Positions 10,098-18,401 of a stretch of 64,000 bases of DNA are shown in pieces; within the stretch, counting starts at the first letter, position 1; the number at the start of each line of letters is the position of its first letter. A model generated the notes under the pieces. It was not told the DNA's origin and ran no database searches. It saw only the letters and a program-made list of their open reading frames with translations. Source of the stretch: an uncultured Thermoleophilia bacterium (GTDB taxonomy: Bacteria > Actinomycetota > Thermoleophilia > UBA2241); assembly GCA_963702475.1 (NCBI GenBank), contig CAVPCT010000005.1, positions 32,001 to 96,000 of the forward strand, in the 5' to 3' direction. The position numbers were made by a program, and so were the translations under genes.

Positions 10098-11006
10098 TCA
10101 CTCCTCCCCGGCGAGCAGCCACACGCGTTCGCGCAGCGTGTCGGGGTCGATCCCGGACTGGTGCGCCTCATACCACGCGTACAGGCCGGCGACCTCGCGC
10201 TCCAGCTCGTCCGGCCGCCACCCCGACTCGTCGCGGAAGAGGGAGGGATCGCCAACATAGGCAGCACCCCTGCTGGGACGATGCACTACGAGCCCGCAAT
10301 CGCGTCCCGACACGTCGATGACCAAGCGTGCCAGGTCGAGCAGTGACACTGGCGTGCCGCGGCACACGTTGTAGCTCGCGCACCGCGGCTCGTGCTCCAC
10401 GCACCACACCACCGCCGCCGCCACGTCGTCTACCGACACGTAATCGAAGAGCGAGTCCCTTCCGACCTCCACCGGCAGACCGAGAAGTGCGTGACAGCAG
10501 GCGTTGGAGACGAACCGCAGGCGCCAGTCCTCGCGCGGCCCGAACACGCCGAACAACGTCAGCGTGACGAACCCGGGCGTCGCCTCACAGTGCTTGCGGA
10601 TGAGGTACTTCGCGAATCCGTACTGGTCGGCCGGCACCACGTCGTCGAACTCGATCTCACGCACGCCGAGCAGCTCCCGGCCGCGGTCGTACTCCGCGCC
10701 GGACCCGAGATGGACGAGCCTTCCGAAGGAGCCGCGCTCCCGTGCGACGTTGTTGAACATCCTCAGCGTGTTCTCGAGCACGAGGCGAGGGTCCTTGCGC
10801 GACGTCGCCGTCGCGTCCCACGTGGCAGCGTGCACGACGACATCGAAGCGCCGGTGGCGCAGGTAGTCGCGCACCGCCGCACCGTCGAGCAGGTCGAGTT
10901 CGTCACTCGAGGGTGCGGCCACCACCTCGAACCGCGCCCGCAGCACCGCCTCGAGCGTGCTCCCGATGAAGCCGCTCCCGCCGGTAACGAGGACCCTGGC
11001 GCTCAC
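10098..11006 (-). CDS. NAD-dependent NDP-sugar reductase/epimerase (YerF-like position)
   Basis: GGSGFIG, GSGAEY, YGFAK, FGVFGP; directly after the ThDP enzyme. Confidence 0.75.
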   Translation of the reverse strand: MSARVLVTGGSGFIGSTLEAVLRARFEVVAAPSSDELDLLDGAAVRDYLRHRRFDVVVHAATWDATATSRKDPRLVLENTLRMFNNVARERGSFGRLVHLGSGAEYDRGRELLGVREIEFDDVVPADQYGFAKYLIRKHCEATPGFVTLTLFGVFGPREDWRLRFVSNACCHALLGLPVEVGRDSLFDYVSVDDVAAAVVWCVEHEPRCASYNVCRGTPVSLLDLARLVIDVSGRDCGLVVHRPSRGAAYVGDPSLFRDESGWRPDELEREVAGLYAWYEAHQSGIDPDTLRERVWLLAGEE

Positions 11007-11010
11007 GGCG

Positions 11011-12780
11011 TCACCCGTCCATGATGGCGGCGAACTCGCCCCTGTCGAGGAATGGCCAAAGGTCTTCGAAGGGGCTCGACAGGATGCGCCCGTCGGGGTC
11101 CACGGTCGTAGCGAGTCTCGGCTGTGTAGCCACGTCCGGCTGCACCATGAGCTCGCAGAACACGGGTCCCGGCTCGGACAAGGCTCGGCGCACACCTTCG
11201 GCGAGCTCCGCGTTCGCCTCAACGCGGAAGGCTGTCAACCTGTAGGCGCGAGCGAGATCCTGGAGATCGGGCAGCGTGAGGCCGCTGCTCGCGTCTGCCG
11301 CCAGCAGACCGCCGAAGTGGTGTCGCTGAGACGACCGAATCGACCCGTAGCCATCGTTGTTCAGCACGAAGAGCTTGACCGGCAGGCCGAGCCGGCGCAG
11401 GGTCTGCAGTTCCTGCACGTTGTGCTGGAGGCCGCCGTCCCCGATCACGCTGACGACCCGGCGGCCGCTCGCCACAGCCGCACCGATACTGGCCGGCAAA
11501 CCGAAGCCCATCGAGCCCAGGCCTGGTGAGTTGAACACCCGTTGCCCGGCCTTCACGCGGAAGGCCTGCAGAGTGATCTCCGCGCACCCTCCGGAGCTGC
11601 CCGGCACGAACACGTCCTCCTCCGAGAGCTCCTCGCTGAGGACGTCGACGAGGGCGTAAGTGTCGACGAGCCCGGTCTGGTCGTGCGATCCCTCCGGAAT
11701 GACAGGCCACCTGCGACGCCACTCACGGCAGCGTGCCAGCCAGCCGTCCCGGTCCTTCCATACCGTCGAGTGAGCCGACAGCTGGCGCAGGAACACTCCC
11801 GCGTCGCCCTGGACCGCGACCGTCATGTCGAAACGCAGCTTGGCGAGCTCGTCCGCGTCGGCATCGACGACGACCTTGCGGGCGCGAGGCGCGAAGCCGG
11901 CCGAGTCGAAGCCGATCTGCGCCAGGTCGAGACGTGCGCCGAGGACGATGACAAGGTCCGCCGTCTGCTGGGCGAAGTTGGCCGCCCGCTGACCGACGGA
12001 GCCGGGACGGCCGACGAACAGCGGGTGGTCGTTCGCCACGAAGTCGGCCGCCTTCCAGGTGGTGAGGAGCGGCAGGCCGACAGCTTCCAGCCACGCCAGG
12101 AACTCGCGGACGGCGCCGGCCTGGCGCACGCCGTTGCCGGCGAGCACGACCGGGCGGCGCGCCTCGGCGATCAGCTGCGCCGTCGCCGCCGCCGCCTGCG
12201 CGAGCTCCGCCTCGCCCGGACCAGACTCACACCCGTCTCCACCGGGCTCGAGTCCTTCGGTCTGTACGGTCGCCCCCTGCACGTCGAGCGGCACGTCGAT
12301 CCACACCGGGCCGGGACGCCCGGATCGGCAGGCAGCCAGGGCGTCGTCCAGGTGGCGCCGTATGGACTCCGGCTCCCGCACCAGTGCCGCGTACTTGGTG
12401 ATGGGGGCGACGAGCGCCGTGATGTCCACCTCCTGCACGCCCATCTGCCGCACGTGCCAGTCGGCGATCAGCTCGCCGGTCTTCGCTTGCCCGGACACGA
12501 CCACCACGGGGATGGAGTCGATCCACGACGCGGCCACGCCGGTGATGGCGTTGGTGGACCCCGGACCGGCGGTCACCAGCGCCGCGCCGATACCTCCGGT
12601 GTACTGGCTGTACGCGTCGGCCGCGATGGCCGCAGCCTGCTCGTGAAGGCAGACGACGGGGCTGAGGGCCTGCTGCGTGCGCAGCGCCTCCACGAGGTGC
12701 ATGCACCCGCCCCCCGGCAGGAAGAAGACGTGCCGCGTCTCCGCCGCGAGCCGCTGCATCACGTAGTCCGCGACCTTCAT
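11011..12780 (-). CDS. ThDP-dependent carboligase, acetolactate-synthase-like (YerE-like)
   Basis: MKVADY, GGGCMHL, HEQAA, TAGPGSTNA, RQMGVQE, GDGG...NN ThDP motif; sugar-cluster context. Confidence 0.82.
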   Translation of the reverse strand: MKVADYVMQRLAAETRHVFFLPGGGCMHLVEALRTQQALSPVVCLHEQAAAIAADAYSQYTGGIGAALVTAGPGSTNAITGVAASWIDSIPVVVVSGQAKTGELIADWHVRQMGVQEVDITALVAPITKYAALVREPESIRRHLDDALAACRSGRPGPVWIDVPLDVQGATVQTEGLEPGGDGCESGPGEAELAQAAAATAQLIAEARRPVVLAGNGVRQAGAVREFLAWLEAVGLPLLTTWKAADFVANDHPLFVGRPGSVGQRAANFAQQTADLVIVLGARLDLAQIGFDSAGFAPRARKVVVDADADELAKLRFDMTVAVQGDAGVFLRQLSAHSTVWKDRDGWLARCREWRRRWPVIPEGSHDQTGLVDTYALVDVLSEELSEEDVFVPGSSGGCAEITLQAFRVKAGQRVFNSPGLGSMGFGLPASIGAAVASGRRVVSVIGDGGLQHNVQELQTLRRLGLPVKLFVLNNDGYGSIRSSQRHHFGGLLAADASSGLTLPDLQDLARAYRLTAFRVEANAELAEGVRRALSEPGPVFCELMVQPDVATQPRLATTVDPDGRILSSPFEDLWPFLDRGEFAAIMDG

Positions 12781-12782
12781 CC

Positions 12783-13427
12783 TCACGAGGATCCCTCCGC
12801 TCCACACGCCGCGGTCGCCGTCGGGTCCGCGTGTGCGGGCTGGCGCACGAGGCCAGTGAGCTCCTCCAGGAGGTCGCTCACCGGCCTCCCCGCATCCGCG
12901 TTCCACGGCCGCGGGAACAGGAGTCCACGCAGCCCCAGGGCCAGCGCCGCAGTCACGTTCTCCGGGCCGTCGTCGACGAGGACGTCCGCGCCGCCGAACC
13001 AGGCCAGCCATTGCCCCTTGTCGCGCTCCGGCGGACCGGGAGGATCACCCGGGCGCGCCGACGGCACCACATGGACGCCGCGGATCCAGCGTCCGTAGTG
13101 ACGCAGCACCCATTCCGCCGACACGTGCACGGCGTGCAGCGGCACGGCGGTGAGAGCCAGGTGACGAGCCTCTCCGCCGTGCGCCTCGAACCAGGCGAGC
13201 ACGTCCGGACGCGGCGGCTGCGACGCGTACGCACCGCTGTGCCGGTAGGCGTCGAGAGACTCCAGATACGCCTCCCGGGTGGTCCCCAGCACCACCTCCG
13301 GCGGCGCGCCGGCGAGGCCGTCGAAGCATGCGACGCAGTCGGGATGCCCCGGCAGCCACGCCTCGGCGAACCAGAGCGCCGCGAGGTCGTTCAGCACGTC
13401 GTCGACGTCCCAGACAATCGTCAGCAT
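12783..13427 (-). CDS. HAD-superfamily phosphatase (5'-nucleotidase/NT5C-like)
   Basis: WDVDDVL motif I, LTA, DK, LVDD, PWN. Confidence 0.7.
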   Translation of the reverse strand: MLTIVWDVDDVLNDLAALWFAEAWLPGHPDCVACFDGLAGAPPEVVLGTTREAYLESLDAYRHSGAYASQPPRPDVLAWFEAHGGEARHLALTAVPLHAVHVSAEWVLRHYGRWIRGVHVVPSARPGDPPGPPERDKGQWLAWFGGADVLVDDGPENVTAALALGLRGLLFPRPWNADAGRPVSDLLEELTGLVRQPAHADPTATAACGAEGSS

Positions 13428-13439
13428 CGAGTCACCGGG

Positions 13440-14963
13440 TCAGTGCGGCGGCGCCACAAGCCAGTCGGCCCAGAACGTCATCTCGGTCTTGCGGTGAGCG
13501 TTCGCGCCGACCGCATCGTCCTCGTAGTACGAGTCGTCCTTGTGGTGCGTCGTCGAGATCTCCTCGATGATCACGCCGTCGACCGTGGAGAAGGCGTGCG
13601 GCACGTGTCGCTCGACCACGGCGACCTCGCCGGCCCCATAGGTGTGGTCCTCCCCGTCCAGGGTGAGCGTCATGTCCCCGTACAGCACGTGGAAGGTCTC
13701 CTCCTTGATCTTGTGCGCGTGGGAGGGGTGCCGCTGCCCGGGGACCAAGATGAGCAGCTTCTTGCAGTACTCGCGGTTCACGATGTTGATGATGCAGGCG
13801 CCGCACTCCTCGAAACGCTCGATGCCGTAGTGGTGCGAGATCTCGAAGTCGAGACGGTCCGGCAGCGCGATCCCCGAGTCACGGAGCAGGACGCTGACCT
13901 GCGTCACGATCTCGAGGATCCGGTCGCGGCGGTCCTCACGGGCGACGGTGGCAACGGTCAGCGCCTCGTCGGCGGCGACGGGCCCCAGCGTGGTCAGCAC
14001 CGCGTACTTGGAGAGGTCGTTGGCCACCACCTGGTCGTCCGCGCACGGGATGGCGAGGAACACGTCGTCCATGGTGACTCGATGTCCGACGGGCAGTGCG
14101 GTGCGGGCGAAGGCGCCGCGCTTCAGCCCGCGCAGGTCGTCGAGTTCCTTCGCGGGCAGATCGCGCCGGCGCCCGCTCACGCCGCACATCAGATAGGCCT
14201 GCTCCGCCGACTCGAGCCACGCGCGCACCTGCCCGGGGTCGGCCGAATAGGCGTTCTTGCGATACCGCTCGGTGGGCAGGGCGACGTGCTTCTCGAAGAT
14301 CGTTGCACCCTTCGCGATCGCGAGCCGCACCGCCTCAGTTTCGTCCGGGGGCTCGTGCGTGGAGTACCCCACGGAGGCGCGCGGATAGCGTTCGCGCAGC
14401 AGGTCGATCTGGTTGAGCTCGAGGTGTTCGGGCGCGGTCGGGTACTCGCCGACGCAGTGCATGAGCGCGAACTCCTTGTCGCGGTGTTCCAGGAACAAGG
14501 CGACGCGGTCGATCTCGTCCAAGGCCTCGCCGGCCGTGGATGCGATGACCGGCAGGTCCGTCTGCACGACACGCTCGAGGAGCGGCCAGTCCGTCAACGA
14601 GCAGCTCGCCACCTTGAGGATGTCGTAGCCCTCCTCCGCGACCCGCTGGACGGAGACTTCGTCGAACGGAGTGCACACCGCGAGCATGCCGTGCTCGCGA
14701 ACGCGCTCACGCAGCCGGCGGAACTCGTCGCCGCTCAGCCGGGTCTCGCTGAAGCGCTTGACGTACTTGACGTCCTCCCTGCCCCGGTAGGCAGGGTGGA
14801 TGAACGTGTCGAGGTCGCGATACTGGAACTTGACCGCGAAGCGGAACGGCAGGCCGGACGACGCGTCGTGCAAGGCGTCGATGAGGCGCAGGCCGTGCTC
14901 CACATCGCCCATGTGGTTGTTGGCCATCTCGAAGATGAACAACGGTCGTGTGTCAGCGAACAT
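13440..14963 (-). CDS. NeuB-family PEP-dependent ulosonate synthase + SAF domain + D-lyxose-isomerase-like cupin fusion
   Basis: EMANNH, KFQ, TPFD, KVAS, MHCVGEYP, GYSTHE, EKH; C-terminal YCKKLL..PGQRHPSHAHKIKEETF. Confidence 0.82.
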   Translation of the reverse strand: MFADTRPLFIFEMANNHMGDVEHGLRLIDALHDASSGLPFRFAVKFQYRDLDTFIHPAYRGREDVKYVKRFSETRLSGDEFRRLRERVREHGMLAVCTPFDEVSVQRVAEEGYDILKVASCSLTDWPLLERVVQTDLPVIASTAGEALDEIDRVALFLEHRDKEFALMHCVGEYPTAPEHLELNQIDLLRERYPRASVGYSTHEPPDETEAVRLAIAKGATIFEKHVALPTERYRKNAYSADPGQVRAWLESAEQAYLMCGVSGRRRDLPAKELDDLRGLKRGAFARTALPVGHRVTMDDVFLAIPCADDQVVANDLSKYAVLTTLGPVAADEALTVATVAREDRRDRILEIVTQVSVLLRDSGIALPDRLDFEISHHYGIERFEECGACIINIVNREYCKKLLILVPGQRHPSHAHKIKEETFHVLYGDMTLTLDGEDHTYGAGEVAVVERHVPHAFSTVDGVIIEEISTTHHKDDSYYEDDAVGANAHRKTEMTFWADWLVAPPH

Positions 14964-16344
14964 AGCCGGCTCCGTCCTTTGCATTGGCCTCCACCGCCGC
15001 CACCGTCGCGGCCGCCATGTACTCAATCATCTCGCCGGTCAGCCCCGGATACACGCCAACCCAGAACGCCTCGTCCATGAGCCGGTCCGTCTCGGTGAGC
15101 TCGCCGGCGATGCGGTAGCCGGCGCCGGCGCCTGGCTTGCCTGCGGCACGCATGCCGTCGAAGCATGGCTGCCGTACCATGTTGCCCGCGAACAACATGC
15201 GGGTCTGGACCCTCGCGGCCTCGAGTTGCGACACGATGCCGGCGCGCGTCAGGCCGGCGGCCTTCGCCTCCTCCGTCAGCGTGAGCAGGAGGCCGAACCA
15301 GCTCGGCTCGGAGCCTGGCGTCGGCTCCTGCACGTGCAGCAGACGCGAGACCGGCGCGAGCAGGCGCGACAGGGTCGCGTGATGCTCGCGCCGCAGGCGT
15401 GTGAACTCGGGCAGGCGGCCGAGCTGGGCACAGCCCACGGCCGCCTGCATCTCCGTCACCTTGAGGTTGTAGCCGAACTCACCGAAGACATACTTGTGGT
15501 CGTAGCCGTACGGTAACGTGCCGAACTGGTGGCTGAAGCGGTGGCCGCACCTGTCGTCCTGGCCGCTCCGGCAGATACAGTCCCGGCCCCAGTCGCGGAG
15601 CGAGGCGACGATCGCGGCAAGCCGCTCGTCGTCGGTGTAGACGGCGCCGCCCTCGCCGAGCGTCATGTGGTGCGGCGGGTAGAAGCTCGAGGTCGCGACA
15701 TCGCCGAACGTGCCGGTCGCGCGGCCCCGGTACAGTGACCCGAGCGCGTCGCAGTTGTCCTCGATGAGCCAGAGACCGTGCCTCTCACAGAGTCCCAGCA
15801 CGGCGTCCACGTCGAACGGGTCTCCGAGCGTGTGCGCCAGGAAGACGGCGCGCGTCCGCGGAGTGACGGCCGCGGCCAGAGCCTCCGTATCCACGTTCGC
15901 CGTGTCACCCCGTACGTCCACGAACACCGGCACTGCGCCGTACTGGACGATGGGGGCGACCGTCGTGGGAAAGCCGGCCGCCACCGTGAGGACCTCGTCC
16001 CCGCGGGCGAGACGCCGTTCCCCGAGCTTCTCGGACGTGAGCGCCATGAAGGCGAGAAGGTTGGCCGAGGAGCCCGAGTTGACCAGCACGCAGTGGCGTA
16101 CGCCGAGGTATGCGGCGAGCTCGGCCTCGAAACGCTCGGAGTAGCGGCCGTAGGTCAACCAGAAGTCGAGAGCAGCGTCGACGAGCAGGTCGAGCTCCTC
16201 CGCGCCGAACACCCGGCCGCCATAGGGCACCCGCGTCTCGCCGGGCACGAACTCGCGTGGCGCCCCCCAGGTGGCCTCGTGATACTCGGCCACCAGGGCG
16301 CGGATCGCCGCGCGCAGCTCCTCGCTGCTTGACGGCGCGCTCAC
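14953..16344 (-). CDS. rfbH: CDP-4-keto-6-deoxyglucose 3-dehydrase (E1, DdhC)
   Basis: NSGSSANL, EDNCDALG, SFYPPHH (His replaces the PLP Lys), GRDCIC...C Fe-S motif, YDHKY. Confidence 0.92.
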   Translation of the reverse strand: MSAPSSSEELRAAIRALVAEYHEATWGAPREFVPGETRVPYGGRVFGAEELDLLVDAALDFWLTYGRYSERFEAELAAYLGVRHCVLVNSGSSANLLAFMALTSEKLGERRLARGDEVLTVAAGFPTTVAPIVQYGAVPVFVDVRGDTANVDTEALAAAVTPRTRAVFLAHTLGDPFDVDAVLGLCERHGLWLIEDNCDALGSLYRGRATGTFGDVATSSFYPPHHMTLGEGGAVYTDDERLAAIVASLRDWGRDCICRSGQDDRCGHRFSHQFGTLPYGYDHKYVFGEFGYNLKVTEMQAAVGCAQLGRLPEFTRLRREHHATLSRLLAPVSRLLHVQEPTPGSEPSWFGLLLTLTEEAKAAGLTRAGIVSQLEAARVQTRMLFAGNMVRQPCFDGMRAAGKPGAGAGYRIAGELTETDRLMDEAFWVGVYPGLTGEMIEYMAAATVAAVEANAKDGAGYVR

Positions 16345-17510
16345 AGTACCGCCCCCGTGGCGACCCAAGACGCACCTGCACTCGCGGCGGCATTCCCGTA
16401 GGCCGCCACATCCTCGCGGCAAAGCTCCGCCAGCCGCTCGGCGCCGGAGCCGCCGGCCCACGCGGCGTACCAGCGCATCGTGGCCGCGACCGTCTCGTCC
16501 ACGTCCCACACCGGCCGCCAGCCGAGCTCGCGCTCGGCCTTGCCGGCGTCCAGCACCAGCAGCCCCGCCTCGTGCCGCTGCTCGGCCGCTCCCGGCGCGG
16601 GCCGCCATTCCCCCGCGCCCCACGCCTGAAGAACGGCCTCGACGACCTCACGGACCGTGACGAGGCAGGCGGCGCCGGGGCCGAAGTTCCAGGCGCCGGA
16701 GGCCGGGCCTGTGGACCGCTCGCCGGCCTCCCGTCCTTCCAGCAAGGCGGCGGCTAGACACAGGTACCCGGAGAGCGGCTCCAGTACGTGCTGCCAGGGG
16801 CGCACCGCCTGCGGACTGCGCACCTCCACGACGTCTCCGCGCACCAGCGCTCGCACGCAGTCGGGAACGATTCGATCCTCGCCCCAGTCACCCCCTCCAA
16901 GGACGTTGCCGGCACGGGCCGACGCGACCGCCGGGCTCTCCGACCCAGCGAAGTAGCTGCGCCGGTAGGCCGAGGTAACGAGCTCAGAACAGGCTTTGCT
17001 CGAGCTGTACGGGTCGTAGCCGCCCAGCGCATCGCTCTCCACGTAGGCGCGTCTGGTCTCCAGGTTCTCATAGCACTTGTCGGTGGTCACGTTGACCACG
17101 GCACGCGGCCCCCGTCCCGCGCCCACGGACTCCCGCACGGCCTCCAGGAGGTTCACCGTACCGATCACGTTGGTCTCGTACGTGAGGCGAGGCTCCAGAT
17201 AGGAACGCCGCACCATGGGCTGTGCGGCAAGGTGGAGGACTATCTCCGGCTCCGTCTCGGCGACCACCCGGCGCAGGCCGCCGGCATCTCGCACGTCGCC
17301 TCGACGGTCGTCAAGGAGCCCACCGTACTGCGCCAGCCCGATCGCCTCGAACAGGTTCGGCTCCGTCGGTGGATCCAAGGCGTACCCGGTGACCTGCGCT
17401 CCCAGCTCGAGCAGCCACAACGTGAGCCACGAGCCCTTGAAGCCCGTGTGGCCGGTCACGAGCATGCGTCGCCCGCGGAACACGCCCCCGAACGTCACCA
17501 CGTCTTCCAT
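16341..17510 (-). CDS. rfbG: CDP-glucose 4,6-dehydratase
   Basis: TGHTGFKGSWL, HLAAQP, TDKCY, DPYSSSK, RAGNV, RPWQHVLEPL. Confidence 0.95.
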   Translation of the reverse strand: MEDVVTFGGVFRGRRMLVTGHTGFKGSWLTLWLLELGAQVTGYALDPPTEPNLFEAIGLAQYGGLLDDRRGDVRDAGGLRRVVAETEPEIVLHLAAQPMVRRSYLEPRLTYETNVIGTVNLLEAVRESVGAGRGPRAVVNVTTDKCYENLETRRAYVESDALGGYDPYSSSKACSELVTSAYRRSYFAGSESPAVASARAGNVLGGGDWGEDRIVPDCVRALVRGDVVEVRSPQAVRPWQHVLEPLSGYLCLAAALLEGREAGERSTGPASGAWNFGPGAACLVTVREVVEAVLQAWGAGEWRPAPGAAEQRHEAGLLVLDAGKAERELGWRPVWDVDETVAATMRWYAAWAGGSGAERLAELCREDVAAYGNAAASAGASWVATGAVL

Positions 17511-18268
17511 GGCGCCTTCCCGGAGTCCCAAAGCTCTTCGAGCAGGCGTTTTTCGCGCAGCGTATCCATCGGCTGCCAGAAGCCATTGTGACGATACGCG
17601 CCGAGCTGACCGTCGGCGGCGAGGTGCTCCAGGGGCTCCTGCTCGAACACGATGTGGTCGCCCTCGATGTAGTCCAGTACGCCGGGCTCGAGCACGAAGA
17701 AGCCGCCGTTCATCCAGGCGCCGTCGCCGCGCGGCTTCTCGATGAAGCAGCTCACCTCGGCCTCGTCCTCGCCCAACTCGAGCGCGCCGAAGCGCCCCGG
17801 TGGCTGTACTGCCGTCACCGTCGCCAGTCGCCCGTGCTGCTCGTGGAAGGCGAGCAGCGCGTGCAGGTCCACGTCGGAGACGCCGTCGCCGTAGGTCATC
17901 ATGAAGCGCTGCCCGTCGAGATACCGCGCGACACGCTTGACGCGGCCGCCCGTGTCGGTGAGCGCCCCTGTGTCGACCAGGGTCACGCGCCACGGCTCCA
18001 CCGCGTTCTCATGCACCTCCATACCTTGCCCCTGCAGGTCGAAGGTCACGTCGCAATTGTGCAGGAAGTAGTTGGCGAAGTACTCCTTGATCACGTAGCC
18101 CTTGTAGCCCAGGCAGATGACGAAGTCGCAGAACCCCTGCTCCCCATACCCCTTCATGATGTGCCAGAGGATCGGGAACTCACCGATCTCGGCCATGGGC
18201 TTGGGCTTGACCTGCGTCTCCTCGGCGAGACGTGTGCCGAGGCCGCCGGCGAGGATGACGACCTTCAT
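17495..18268 (-). CDS. rfbF: Glucose-1-phosphate cytidylyltransferase
   Basis: LAGGLGTRL, KPKPM, GYKGYVIKEYF, TYGDG, NGGFF, FWQPMDTLR; GGAGG RBS. Confidence 0.95.
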   Translation of the reverse strand: MKVVILAGGLGTRLAEETQVKPKPMAEIGEFPILWHIMKGYGEQGFCDFVICLGYKGYVIKEYFANYFLHNCDVTFDLQGQGMEVHENAVEPWRVTLVDTGALTDTGGRVKRVARYLDGQRFMMTYGDGVSDVDLHALLAFHEQHGRLATVTAVQPPGRFGALELGEDEAEVSCFIEKPRGDGAWMNGGFFVLEPGVLDYIEGDHIVFEQEPLEHLAADGQLGAYRHNGFWQPMDTLREKRLLEELWDSGKAPWKTW

Positions 18269-18300
18269 AGGGCCTCCGCGACTGCCAGACTGTGTGGAGT

Positions 18301-18328
18301 TCATCGGCGCGTCTCGACGAACGCTGTA
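18301..18328 (-). promoter_or_regulatory. Candidate sigma28/WhiG-type promoter
   Basis: Minus strand TACA-N16-GCCGATGA ending 32 nt upstream of the rfbF ATG. Confidence 0.4.
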
Positions 18329-18401
18329 GCGCGCCACATCAAGCAAGAATTCGACGTGCGACCGGGCTCCCCTCGGGCTGGCGAGCAACCCCAGCGCCGG
18401 G

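Noticed and set aside
11011-12780. ilvB for branched-chain amino acid synthesis
   Set aside because: No ilvN or ilvC nearby; embedded in a CDP-sugar operon
13440-14963. Sialic acid (neu) pathway
   Set aside because: No neuA, neuC or neuD and no pse/leg genes in the window
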